From Tubiluchus corallicola (taxonomy: Eukaryota; Animalia; Priapulida): DNA of 64,000 nt. Under the pieces are notes generated by a model. That model was given only the letters and a program-made list of their open reading frames with translations. It was not told the origin of the DNA and ran no database searches. The stretch's first letter is position 1, and every line of letters starts with the position of its first letter. The DNA is taken from the NCBI GenBank assembly GCA_030141605.1, contig JAQGDQ010000704.1:1-64000 (forward strand), written 5' to 3'. This document shows, piece by piece, positions 27,921 to 40,603 of the stretch. The position numbers and the translations under genes are program-made.

Positions 27921-28015
27921 CTATCGCTGCCATATCTTCTTCAGAGAGAAACTGCTCCAATACAACGCCTGGAATCACTGGATCAACACATTGTGGAGAT
28001 GTGTTGAGTAGAATT
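27921..28015 (-). CDS. ARFGEF3: ARFGEF3/BIG3-like exon
   Basis: Encodes ILLNTSPQCVDPVIPGVVLEQFLSEEDMAAI; phases 2/1 fit both neighbours. Confidence 0.75.
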
Positions 28016-28185
28016 CTGTAATGCAGCAACAAGACGCTTATCAGTTAGCTGCTTCTAGTGCTAGAAGTTTCAACAAAGTTTCAACAAATTACGACGACAT
28101 TCTTTAATAAGACGACGGACGGCTTCAATTTGTCAACAGCAGAAATTTGATTACTTCGATAAACCCACATGCTCGGTTCGAGAAC

Positions 28186-28270
28186 CATTAAGTCTTTGGT
28201 GTGACTCGGTCGGGAGTTGAACTCGCAACCTCCAGCGTGGAAAGCGAGCACGTTACCACCGAGCTATACC
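28186..28270 (-). mobile_element. tRNA-derived SINE head fragment
   Basis: Minus strand has A box TAGCTCGGTGG and B box GAGTTCAACTCC followed by CACACCAAAGACT; no proper acceptor stem. Confidence 0.6.
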
Positions 28271-28626
28271 ACCCGGACATTAATTACATTCTGCCGACAG
28301 CAAACTCATAGGGAAATTACTAAGAATGTCAACAACATCAGGAAATTGGAAAAATAATGATGAAAAATTTCAATTATCTCTTAATCCTATGTGTCAAATT
28401 AAATGAGTTCAATAAATAAATACATGAAATAGTTATGTAATAATACATAAAATAGTAATAAAACAAGAAAATATCAATTTTACTATATTCTTCGCTTTGA
28501 TACTGTATTTATTTAGACATATATATATTTTATATCATAACCTTCATTTTCATAGTAATATCATGCTGTACACATATTTTGGCATATTACATTAATATTT
28601 TTAAATTAACTTTATTTATTTAAAAC

Positions 28627-29085
28627 AGGGGTGGCCACATTAAACTTTCCCGCAATTCCTGCGGGCCACAGGCAGTTTGATCAAGGAGCCAAGCACAGAA
28701 AGGCCAAATAACGATTTTTTTGCATCCGACCTGCGTACATCATTACTACTGCACTCAAGAAACTATTTTAGAAGTTATTAAAATTTATTTTACAAACCAT
28801 ATATTTCTACTTTCAGGACAGATAGTGGTAATTTCATTACAATGCATATTAGTAATGTGTATCACACAGTCTGTGTAGTACAGTGACATTAAGCTACAAC
28901 CGTCTTGTAAGGATTAATGGCAGCCGATCTAGTAGAAAAAACTACCCGCACTATCTTTGGGATCGTGGCACAGACTTCAGCGGGATACACTCAATTAATC
29001 GCCCGGGCCGCACTTTCTTTAGGCTGATAAATCTCTTCGCGGGCCGCACAAATTCTCTCGGCGGGCCGCAATTTGCACACCCCTG
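28627..29085 (-). mobile_element. hAT-like MITE family A, copy 2 (inverted, one end altered)
   Basis: Reverse-complement homology to 8497-8998. Confidence 0.8.
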
Positions 29086-29159
29086 CTGTACACATATTTT
29101 GGCATATTACATATTACATTAATATTTTTAAATTAACCTTATTTATTTAACATAATGTA

Positions 29160-30280
29160 CTTGCAAACCAAAACCGTCCATAAGTCGACATAGTTAAAAC
29201 TACATTATGATGCTTCAAAGTAGAATGCACCAAAATTTTGGTCTAATGTTAATTTTTCCTTTTTTATAAAAACAAGCGCTAGATATATTTAACTTTTGTA
29301 TTCTGACATCAAATTATCAAGAAAATGTTCAAAAAATACTAAAAATCTAATTTTATAACCCTGTACCCTCGTGCTAGAAATTAGTACTGCAATTTCAAAA
29401 AGCTTGTATCTTCAAACTCCTGATAGTAGCTCGTGGAAACAGTCATTTTGCTTCTGGTTTTTTCCTGTTGCCAAGCCCAGATCTTCGTCACAAAAGAGCC
29501 ATCTACTGGATTTAAACGTAACTTCAATTTGCTCTTGCAAAGTCCATAGCAACCAACATTTGTACGGTTGCTAAGTGTTTTGTAGAGACGTGACAAAAAA
29601 CAATGGCTGACTTTAACAGTGATTTTCTCAAGATTATGTTCTTCGGTGCGCAGCCTGCACCTCAACTTCAATGTGGATTATCTCAGCTTAGAAATAACAT
29701 AGAGTGATGAACTTGGTATCAAAATGATCCTCATGAAATGGAGATTCAGGATATGTGAATAACTAGAAAAGCTTAATTGCCATCTTATGGACGACTTTCC
29801 TATGCAAGCTCACACAAACAGACCTCAACTTCAATGTAGATTATCTCAGCTTAGAAATAACATAGAGTGATGAACTTGGTATCAAAATGATCCTCATGAA
29901 ATGGAGATTCAGGATATGTGAATAACCAGAAAACGTTAATTGCTGACTCTTGGACGATTTTGCTAAGCAAGCACGCATATGTCACTTGGGGTGAGATGAG
30001 ATGACACGATGTGAGGTGAATCAGGTGAGTTGAGGTGAGGTGAGGTGAGATGAGATGAGATGAGACTAGAAAAACTCAATTGCCGACTCATGGACGATTT
30101 TGCTATGCAAGCACACACAAACAGACCTCAACTTCAACGTTGATTATCTCAGCTTAGAAATAACATAGAGCAATGAACTTGGTATCAAAATGATCCTCAT
30201 AAAATGGAGATTCAGGATATGTGAATAACTTAGGAAAGCTTAATTGCTGACTGATGGAAGATTTTGCTAAGCATGCACAC
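29160..30280 (+). mobile_element. Interspersed repeat family D, second copy
   Basis: Imperfect inverted ends (AAAACCGTCCATAAGTC / GACTTATGGACG); three copies of the terminal segment. Confidence 0.6.
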
Positions 30281-30406
30281 ACACGTTGTTATTAAATGAC
30301 TAATCCTTACACGCAAGTGTGTTATTGTGCCAGAGTGTGAATGAATAAATAATAAATAATAATAAATAATATAATATTTAGATACTGGCATGTAATCTAA
30401 TCATAC

Positions 30407-30587
30407 CTGTGCGCAGAGTGAAAGATCGGGCAGGCCGGCATCTGACACATATCAGACAACATGTCAGCACACCGCTGCAAGTACTTCAGCGCCGGGACGC
30501 ACAAGTCTACACTCTGAGTTTGCTCGTCGACGCTGTAGTCATCATCGCTGTCGCTGTAGTATACCTCGTCATCGCACAAACTTTCGC
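30407..30587 (-). CDS. ARFGEF3: ARFGEF3/BIG3-like exon
   Basis: Encodes ESLCDDEVYYSDSDDD...DLCVPALKYLQRCADMLSDMCQMPACPIFHSAH. Confidence 0.88.
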
Positions 30588-31944
30588 CTGTTGTTAAAGG
30601 AAAGCAATGCTTTAGCAAATATAGTCATGTAATACACGGTTAGAAAGTCCGTATCTAACCATATATAGTTTGTTAACAGGTAACGTAATGTGTAAAAAAT
30701 AACTCAAACCCTAGTCGTAAAATCGCCGTATTCGGACTTGCAACGATACTTCCTCCGGAGTCCAAATAGCCATTTTCGTTGCTGTACTTAAGCGAATTTA
30801 GTCGTGTGATCACACGGTTAGAAAGCCTGCGAAATTCTCTATCTAACCATATATAGTTTGTTAACAGGTAACGTAATGTGTAAAAAATAACTCAAACACT
30901 GGTTGTAAAATCACAGGTTTTAGGTTCAGGTTTGCAACTATACTTCCTCCGGATTCCAAAAACATGGATTCGAACTTTCAACCGCAATTACGAACGCAGT
31001 ATTTAAGCGAATTTAGCCGTGAAATTCTTGCTGCGTGTAGTGATATACTGCAATAATCGTGCTAAATTTTGTTATTTGACAAATCTTTCGCGGGTGTTCA
31101 TTCATGTTTGCGTCTTGCCTCTTTAAATATTCTAAAATTTTAAGATATCAGAGAATTTTCGAACTTTTTACGATTTCTGTCAAGGATTTTTTGTTTGTTA
31201 AATTTAATATAACCATACAGTTACAAGTGGCGACACCTGGCCTCAATATTTGCATGCTAGTGAATTTCCGGTCATTTAAGTTTCAATGTGTTCATGTGAT
31301 GACGTGTTTCTGTGAACTCACGATTTAATGCCAACGATGTATGTAAATTTTATTTAGTCATTTATTTTATTTACTGTAAGTCTCTCATTAATTTCATTTA
31401 ATCGTAATCGACTTTTTGATAGAAATGAGTTAGTTTATTAAAGGAATTTATATATCTTGTTTCAGATAAAATGTAATATTTTGGGTAATGGCGTCACAGT
31501 GTCAGATATGATGAAGTAAATGACTAAGGGGCATGTGACGTGAAAATGGTACACAAACAATAAACAGTTATGCTGAGCAAAATGATGACTTTGTTTGTCA
31601 CCGTAACACCCAAACAATTTCCAATCCGTGTGGTTACACAAAAATCAATGAAAAGGCCATTTTTCTACCAATAACATCATTCGTCGACTGAAGATAAGCG
31701 GCGTGCTGTTCATTTACATCAAAAGTATGTATAAGACAATTTTTTATAGGCAATTAAATATATTTATCGTTAAACCACCACAAGTTACTTATACAATACA
31801 TCAGATTTGCAATGATACTTCCTCCGGAGTCCAAAAAGCCATTTTCGTCCAAAATGGCAGCTAATGCTAGCTCAGCAACCTAGATAATACAGCGACAATC
31901 GGTCGTACCCGTAAAATAATTCGGACAGCTTAAGCAAAACTCAC

Positions 31945-32054
31945 CTGTTCCCTTTACGTATTTCAACAAGCAGAGTATGCAGTCCACGGATGCATTAGCA
32001 AATACCAGCAGATTCTCCGTGCCCAGGAATGCATCAAACACATCAAACAGTGCC
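31945..32054 (-). CDS. ARFGEF3: ARFGEF3/BIG3-like exon
   Basis: Encodes ALFDVFDAFLGTENLLVFANASVDCILCLLKYVKGT; gtAG/GTGAGT boundaries. Confidence 0.88.
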
Positions 32055-32154
32055 CTACAATGAAACGCAGTAACAAAACACTTTTAAACCTTAAGAAGTG
32101 GGCGTGGGCTTTTGGCGGTCCTATCACGTAGCCAAACAGGCCCCCTTTTCTTGA

Positions 32155-32701
32155 AGGAAAACCGGATGATTATGTAAGCATTAGTGCAGAATAAAGATGT
32201 TCTAAAATATTGAAAACTACAATAGCTTTTTTTAAATCAAAGTTCAGATTAAATAATAATTACCTCGGATACTCAAATTTTGTTAAACTTTTAAAGCTAT
32301 GCGCGGCTCAGTGAATCTACTAAGATTGACAACTGCGCTTTTTGTCACATTCGCATGGCCGACAAATAGAAGGTGGTACTGTGATAACCATGATCATGAA
32401 CTGCAGTGTTAGTTTCTGATGTCATATTATGTAGAGCCCATTTCTCGTGACATCATGCATTTAAGCAGTACTGTAACACTTATGCAAATGTGCTTGATGT
32501 GCAAGGGAAGACGCCTGCCATTGCACAAACTGTGTTTAGTTTCTGACGTAAGCAATGGCTGTGTTCGGTTACCGTTAATTAACTTTCTGAGCTAATTATT
32601 CAAATACTGGAAACAATTGTTAACTTTTATAGGCAAGAAAATGCATATTTTGGACAGTAAATTAAAATGAGATTGAGTCTAAACAATCGTCCGGTCTTCC
32701 T
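32155..32701 (+). mobile_element. Kolobok-like family B, copy 3
   Basis: Homologous to 13498-14153; its right end is amplified as a tandem array. Confidence 0.8.
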
Positions 32702-33443
32702 TTAAGCTTTATAGGCAAGAAAATGTATATTTTGGACAGTAAATTAAAATGAGATTGAGTCTAAACAATCGTCCGGTCTTCCTTTAAGCTTTATAGGCAA
32801 GAAAATGTATATTTTGGACAGTAAATTAAAATGAGATTGAGTCTAAACAATCGTCCGGTCTTCCTTTAAGCTTTATAGGCAAGAAAATGTATATTTTGGA
32901 CAGTAAATTAAAATGAGATTGAGTCTAAACAATCGTCCGGTCTTCCTTTAAGCTTTATAGGCAAGAAAATGCATACTTTGGACAGTAAAATAAAATGAGA
33001 TTGAGTCTAAACAATCGTCCGGTCTTCCTTTAAGCTTTATAGGCAAGAAAATGCATATTTTGGACAGTAAATTAAAATGAGATTGAGTCTAAACAATCGT
33101 CCGGTCTTCCTTTAAGCTTTATAGGCAAGAAAATGTATATTTTGGACAGTAAATTAAAATGAGATTGAGTCTAAACAATCGTCCGGTCTTCCTTTAAGCT
33201 TTATAGGCAAGAAAATGTATATTTTGGACAGTAAATTAAAATGAGATTGAGTCTAAACAATCGTCCGGTCTTCCTTTAAGCTTTATAGGCAAGAAAATGT
33301 ATATTTTGGACAGTAAATTAAAATGAGATTGAGTCTAAACAATCGTCCGGTCTTCCTTTAAGCTTTATAGGCAAGAAAATGTATATTTTGGACAGTAAAT
33401 TAAAATGAGATTGAGTCTAAACAATCGTCTGGTCTTCCTTTAA
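32624..33443. repeat. 82-bp tandem array made of a transposon end (10 copies)
   Basis: Each unit ends ...CAATCGTCCGGTCTTCCT-TTAA. Confidence 0.95.
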
Positions 33444-33966
33444 AGGTTAGTACCGTCGTCTGTAACAAACACACAATTTCAAAAGACTTATGATGCATTG
33501 AGTGACTGAGGAAGACAGAATAACGAAAAAAATAACTAAAACTGACACCCCTTAAATATACAAATATATTGTATTTCCACATACAATAATCCTATGTCAT
33601 AAGCAAATGTGGGCGTTGTTGTTATACATTGTTATGACAATGAAATACCATTTATTTTCACCCTCCCCCCGCCTGCACCGTGATGGTTCGATCCAATACG
33701 AAGCCATTGTATATCAACATTGCACTGCAGCTGTAACGAATGGCCTCGTTGGTTCAACTGGCAAACTAACGCGCAAGATTAGTATCTCAGCATCTAAGCA
33801 AGCACCATCGATTGACAAAACTCCAACAACCAGATCTTATAATAAATCTAGTCAAATTTCTAGTATATTCAGTGAGCTAGTGACCTCATTAGCAAAAACC
33901 GCATTAAATGTAGCCTAAGCACTGCTGTGCCAATAGTTTGAATTTCTTAACTTTCGAAATATCAAA

Positions 33967-34010
<44 letters not shown>

Positions 34011-34041
34011 GAGAGAGGGAGAGAGAGAAAGAAAAGAGAGA

Positions 34042-34104
<63 letters not shown>

Positions 34105-34229
34105 AGAGAGATCACCGTAAGTATGAATTTTTATTTAAACACAAGATATTATATGTTAAGCAGCATAACGTGACATCTGTTAAATTATCAGCTCAGGATG
34201 CAGAAAGAGTAAAGGTCAAAAACATATTA

Positions 34230-34712
34230 CGGTCAACCTCGGATATAAGGGACACCTCGGGATTGGAAAAAATCATCCCTTGTATCCGATGTCCCTTATA
34301 GCCGAAGTTGAGACCAGACAGAGGGTGTATTTAGACCTGTACTTTTCTGTAGTTTTACCCATATTTTTATGGATTATTGCTACACATTCCGTGCAAACAG
34401 TATGTACGAAGCTCCTTCAGTGATGCGAGATGTATGTAAACGCGGAAACCGAGCTGTTCGAAGGCCGAGTTTGCGAAAAATTGAGGTTAGAAATCTATCA
34501 ACTTCGCTTTGATCATAGGCTCCCCTATATGCGAGGTAATTTACCTGGGTTTCTATTATGCGGGACCTGAAGATATCATCCCTTCAAATCATATCCGTTA
34601 TATCCGAGTACCTTATGTACGGAGATTTTTACATAGGAAAAACATTACGAAAAATCGGGACCGGTGTTGTTGGTCCTTTATAAGTGAGTGTCCCTTATAA
34701 GCGTGTTGACTG
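34230..34712. mobile_element. Tc1/mariner-type MITE
   Basis: TA|CGGTCAACCTCGGATATAAGGGACAC...GTGTCCCTTATAAGCGTGTTGACTG|TA. Confidence 0.75.
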
Positions 34713-34856
34713 TATACAACTTATCTGTCTGCCATTAATTGTACTAGCAAGATAGATTTCCAAAGGGCAAAAATTCTGACAGACAATCAACACTTCCCTA
34801 ATATCAGGATAACGCATTATTATTTCAAACACGAAAGATCCTCATTAAGCGCGTAC

Positions 34857-35010
34857 CTAACGTGGGCCACCTGCGTCTCGGTTATATCTTCATTTTCGTC
34901 GTGAGTTTGATGCGGAACTCGTACACAGCGCAACGCGCCAAAAAGTGTTCCCATCCAGAGCGTATTTCTGCAGTGGAGCCTTCCACAAACTCGCATATGG
35001 AGCAAACAAT
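34857..35010 (-). CDS. ARFGEF3: ARFGEF3/BIG3-like exon carrying an apparent 1-nt deletion near 34950
   Basis: Starts IVCSICEFVEGSTAEIRSGW in one frame and continues TLFGALRCVRVP...VAHVR in another. Length is 154 nt where the flanking phases require 155. Confidence 0.85.
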
Positions 35011-35546
35011 CTATCCAGAAATACAAAGTATAATAATAATAATAATATATTAATAATAATAATAATATTATTAATAATAATAATAATAATAATAGTAATA
35101 ACAATGATTATGATGATGATGATGATGATGATAATAATAATAACAATAATAATAATAACAAATTAATTCTTGTTAAGCACCTTACAAAATATGTCTCAAA
35201 GCAGCAAAAGCAGTAGCAGCAGCAGCAACAACAACAGCAATAGTATCATCATAACCATCACCATCATCATCATCACTATCATCATCATCACAATCATCAT
35301 CATTATCATCAGCGGCAGTAACTGCGGGGTCAAACATTTGGTGTTACACCAATTAACTTCTGCACAATCATCAATGTAACTAATTGTCACAGTTACATCT
35401 GCTACAAATCAACAATTTGACATTAATGTATATTATTGCTGCCAGGCTAACTATTTCCTATCTAGCACTGAATTTGCACCTTGCTGCACTTCACATTAGA
35501 AAAAAGGTAAATATGACGTAAAGAGGTAAACACCCCCCCCCCCCAC

Positions 35547-35726
35547 CTGGTCTTGTACGTCGGTGTCGCACAACTCTAAGCAAAGCAAATTTTCAAACGG
35601 TTTGAACAACGCCTCGCAGAAGTGAAAGTGCGGAAGTTCCGACTGCGAGTTCAGCAATGCGTTGATGATGTCATGGATGTAGGACACGGCTTTACGTGAA
35701 ATGATTCTGTCTCGATGACAAGCCGC
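35547..35726 (-). CDS. ARFGEF3: ARFGEF3/BIG3-like exon
   Basis: 180 nt, phase 0/0. Encodes AACHRDRIISRKAVSYIHDI...ELPHFHFCEALFKPFENLLCLELCDTDVQDQ. Confidence 0.9.
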
Positions 35727-35789
35727 CTGAAAATACATTTCAAAACTCGTTATTGTTAGCTAATTAACACAACTAACACTACCAGAATT

Positions 35790-36335
35790 GAATTATGAAT
35801 TATGAATTTATTCCACAGCAACTCAAACATACATATAAATTGATATAACATTGAAAAGAAATATAAACTATGTGAGTTACTGTGAGGAGGGGGAAGGAGC
35901 ATTGAGCTTTCGAGTCCTCCTCCAGATAAGTGAAACAATTGACAATTAACATTACATTTTCATCAGTTATAGCGTGCATTAGAACAAAATAAGTTTTCTT
36001 AGTAACTTAAGATCAGGATGAGTAAAATTGTGAGTTAATTATACCATCGTAGTAGGTAATTCTTTGATGCTTTTTTAAATTGATAAAGATTAATGAGTTT
36101 TCATTTCACGTGGAATTGATGACCATATTTTAATAGCATTATATTTTGATGACTGTTTCATTATATTTGTTTTTGGAAGAGGGAGTACATAGTTTCCGAC
36201 TGAATATCTTGTGTAATGATCATGTTGATTTGAAACTGGACTAAAGTAAGACTGAAAAGCTGGTGGAAGTAGTGAATTATGATACTGATACATGAAATGA
36301 AGACAATACATGTCATATCATAATTCACTACTTCC
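35790..36335 (-). mobile_element. 3' remnant of a CR1/L2-group LINE
   Basis: ORF2 C-terminus-like peptide FMYQYHNSLLP...HDHYTRYS...KTNIMKQSSKYNAIKIWSSIP. Confidence 0.7.
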
Positions 36336-36374
36336 AGGCTCGTTATTCTTAGCTAATTAACACAACTAACACTA

Positions 36375-36800
36375 ACAGGCCACTATAATTAATGGACATT
36401 TCTCTGATATTGAACCTGTTAAATGTGGCATGCCACAAGGATCAACTCTAGGGCCATTACTATTTCTAATACATGTTATTTGTTGCATGTTAATTCATTA
36501 CAGTAATTCATTTCAAAATGACACATTACTTTTTGCTAATTAACGTAACTAGCACTTACAGGTCATTGTAATTATGGACATTTCTCTGATATTGATCCTG
36601 TTAAATGTAGTATGCCACAAGGATCAACTCTAGGGCCATTACTATTTATAATACATGTTATTTATTGCATATTAATTCATTACATTAATTCATTTCAAAA
36701 TGATGCATTATTTTTTGCTAATTAACGTAACTAGCACTTACAGGTCACTGTAATTATGGATATTGTCAAGGAACCACTCTAGGGTAGTCCTTTTCAGTTA
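36375..36800 (+). mobile_element. Tandemly duplicated LINE reverse-transcriptase fragment (~2.5 copies)
   Basis: Translates INGHFSDIEPVKCGMPQGSTLGPLLFLI, matching the GVPQGSxLGP RT motif; repeats at ~36390 and ~36570. Confidence 0.7.
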
Positions 36801-37650
36801 CAGCCCTGATAAAAAGAGGTCCATACCCGGAAGTGCAGAAAATTGTTTTGATAGATTCAGCTTTACATGCACCACTCTTTTCTATATTAGAACAGCATTT
36901 GTAGCCAAAACCTCTTTTTACTACCCACATTGGGATTGCAAAAATTTGGCATTATAGTGCAAGTTTGACACTACAAGAAGGTGTATCAATACATACAGGT
37001 ATGTGCAAATGTAAATATTTCGTTCTGCTAAAATTTGGGTATCAACTTCTTCAAGGACTCCTTCAGAATCTTTGCTGCATTTTACATGGGTTCGTGAAAA
37101 ACTGCTCTCACTAAGCAGCAGTTACGTTATATTTGACAAATTTTGTGGATTTCCACTCCTCACACAATGGATTTTCATGCAAACTTATATATGAAATGCA
37201 TCTGATTTTTGACGAATAAATTCAAAAAAGCTTTCAGTAACTACAGTGTTTGGTACTGTAACAATGTACAGTATCACTTAGTCATAAGTCATTTTTTCAT
37301 AAGTAATTTATTTCACATTACACATTTACAATAGTTTCATGTACAATATCTAGTGAAAGGGCCTACAATGAACACAATACAAATAAGAAATACTGCACAG
37401 GAAAAGCCTCAAACACTGTTCACTTATACACGAAGGTAAATGTGTTGCGGGCAATCAAAAAGCAGGGCTTGTTAGATTGTCCCACACAGTGGAAGAAAAA
37501 AAGTAATGGAGATAATCTGAAAATTTAAAGTGAATCGTGATAAAAAAACATTAGTGCTTAAAATGGAATGATGTAATGAATGAAGCTCATATATGGGATA
37601 TATCACTTGTACAATGTACAGGATCAACTATACATAGACAACACTCTTAC

Positions 37651-37891
37651 CTCTACGAGATGCGAAGAAGCAACCGCCCAGGCTTTCATGACGTGTATGA
37701 GCGGACGTCCACTGCGCACGCACTTCAACATGACGTCGCCAAGACGATGCAACAACAGCAAGTCACCGCGGCCACCGCTGCGTGGAACCGGAGCTTGACT
37801 AAACAGCTGCAGTTGGCTAGCGGCACACAGCTCGGCCAGAAAGTTCGTCAGCGCCCGCAGATTCAGCTTACTGGCTGCATCTTCAAATAGC
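37651..37891 (-). CDS. ARFGEF3: ARFGEF3/BIG3-like exon
   Basis: Encodes LFEDAASKLNLRALTNFLAELCAASQLQLF...GRPLIHVMKAWAVASSHLVE; canonical splice sites. Confidence 0.9.
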
Positions 37892-39044
37892 CTAGTAAAA
37901 GTAATCAATTCAATTCAATTTTGTTTTCTCAATAGCAGTTAAAATTCGTCATAATTATTTTTAAGTTTCATTGCAGCTGAGAAGGAGCAGCGAAAGACCT
38001 ATTGGTCACTTGGTCAGCTGCTCCTTATTAAAAATACAAGTTTGCTCACAGGCTCATGACATTTTTTAGGTGTTTGTGCATGTATAAAAGGCAAAAGCAA
38101 CAAAAATCAACTAAAAGCAGAAATGCAATTCAAAGCATAACAAGGAATAACATCAAGCAAAAAATTAATGATATTAAATGTACAGCAAAAAATAATATCA
38201 AACAAACAAAAGCAACAAAAATCTACTCAAAGCAAAAATGCAATTCCACTCAGAATAAAAGTAAGTTTTCACAAGCAATGCAAAACGGAATTTAACTTAT
38301 AGTAAAAAATTATATCAAACAAAATGAAACTCAAAGCGAAAATTTCATAAAGCAAAAGCAATTCAACTGAAGGTAAAAGAATTTGTCAAAACCAAAGCAA
38401 AACAGAATTCAGCTTAGAGCAAAAATTATATCACACAAAAGCAACAAAATCAGGTGAGAAGGGGTTTGTAATTTCTGTGTATTTGACAACTTTGAGGCAA
38501 TAATTTTGCTCATCAGTTGGAGGGAGCGCCTCTGCTTGATGAATACACGTAGGTTGCAAACAGATGTAGCAAAAAACTCAGATTCATCTACAAAACTCAC
38601 GTCTACAAAAAAACAGTGGTGGCTCATTGTTAAAATTACTGACGGTGCTGCTTCAGAAAATTTTTAGCCGTTGCTTTAGTACTGTGTAAAACGAAACAAA
38701 CATTATGTAATTTTCATGTTGTAATTTGTAATTCTAATTTTAAACAAACAAACATATGAAAATTCCTACATAAACTTGATAAAATTCTAAATAAAAAAAT
38801 GTTCGTTTGCGGTCACCGTTGTTCTGCATCTGTCTAGCATTTCGCTCCCACTAGAGGAGAATTTGTATCAGTTGCAAAACTGTCTGTTTCAAACTTAGAT
38901 GTTACAGCATCAATAAATTATGTTTAAAGCAAATATTACATTTCATCGGAGTAAAGAAACACTTTATTTCTACTTCTGATTGCATCCAATCGCGGATCTG
39001 TTTCACAGGAGCCGCCTACTGCAACCGTATGGAGCATTTCTCAC

Positions 39045-39212
39045 CTGTCTACCTGTACTGAAAGTCCACAGAGAGCTTTGCAGGCAACGTCCGGCCCAAG
39101 CACGCCCGAACTGTCCATCTCAGAGCTACATTGACTTATCAACTCCTGGACATTGATTGTCGGCGCGACCGGACTTGTCGGTATCACGGGGCAACCAGAT
39201 TTGTCAAGATCG
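39045..39212 (-). CDS. ARFGEF3: ARFGEF3/BIG3-like exon
   Basis: tgcAG/GTGAGA boundaries. Encodes SDLDKSGCP...VACKALCGLSVQVDR. Confidence 0.85.
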
Positions 39213-39381
39213 CTGCAAAAATCAATAATTCTCATTGCCGTTGTTACCGTTCTCATTGCCGTTGTTACCGTTCTCGTTGCCAAACTACATAGTGTTATAA
39301 ATGTAAAAAACAAGGTACTCGACAATATTTCAAGTAATTGATACAAAAAGCCTAACAGAGTACGGAAAAGGAATCAAAATA

Positions 39382-39882
39382 CAGGGATGAGATTGACAAA
39401 TTGCAAAAAACTCTGAAACAGACCGGGGGGGGGGGGGTTGGTGGCGCAACAAATTGCAATTTTGTGGCCATAGAGAGCCTCTAAGTGGACTTAAAATATC
39501 AATTATCTTGTTTCATGCATAATTTAAAATACCCAACTATCAAGGATACATGATACATATGTTCGTGAAGCAATGAAGATATGCCGCATTGCCGTAAAAG
39601 GCATGTTACAAAGCATACAGATTATTAAATAAACGATATTTACGCTTTATTTGAACTGTCTTAGCCAAAATTTTTCAGCGATTATTAACATCTAGGAGAT
39701 AAAATGCAAGCTGGATAAATGCATCGAAAAAATGCTACTGAAAGTTTCGGTTACAATTTCGATGAAAACAAGGTTCAACTCCGAAAAATTTTCTCAACGA
39801 ATTTACACGATTTACAAAAATGGCACTACTGGTCTTCCAAGAACTCGGAATTCCGCGTATCCGCAAAAAATTCTCATCCCTG
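39382..39882 (+). mobile_element. hAT-like MITE family C
   Basis: TIR CAGGGATGAGA; related copies at 47450-47968 and ~61778-62296. Confidence 0.75.
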
Positions 39883-40603
39883 AAAATATGAACGGCTGCA
39901 AGTCTTGCCTTAAAGGCTACAATACGAGACATTAACCCCCCCCCCACCCCCCTACCCTTGCCCGTTGCATGACTTTACATCATATTGACGTGTTGTGACT
40001 AAAAGCATAATTACATAATGCCATCAAACCTGCATTATTTACTAAAAGAAAATACTTTAATGGATATTTGTTTAATCTGCACTAATACGACATGTAAAAA
40101 CACGTCATAAGCATCGTGGGCCTTGCGAAATTGCATCGCGTATTGACCAATGTCAGATTCAAACCTTTATCTGTCAAAAAACAAAACCGAAAAATATGGC
40201 ATCACCGTGACATATGGTCTACACGTAATGCTATAATATTCGGACAAAGAACGAGTTGGAGAGAGATAAATCAGGCGGCGATAAACAGTTCTGACAGAAC
40301 TAGTGGCTTCCGCGTTTTTAGTAGGTGTTTTTCGATTGTCCACCAAGGTTGAACGAAAGACGTGCGAAACCAAAGTAAACAATTAAGTGAGGAAGAAATA
40401 ACGGTTAAGTTATAACATGGACGCATTTTTCTTCGATCTACGAGCATAAACACCACTTTAGACTTTGAGACAGGTAATCCACATTAGCCAGAACAATGGT
40501 AACTGATTGAATTCACTGCCGTCATTGAGGCAATACGCCAGACTAGATAACAATCTCATAAACTGTGTGAAACAAACTGCGCAGCTACCAGACACGTCAA
40601 TCA

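Noticed and set aside
28186-28270. tRNA gene
   Set aside because: It has A/B boxes but no convincing acceptor stem and continues into SINE-like sequence.
34935-34960. Programmed -1 ribosomal frameshift explaining the frame break
   Set aside because: No canonical X XXY YYZ heptamer in the correct frame; an error or mutation is more parsimonious.
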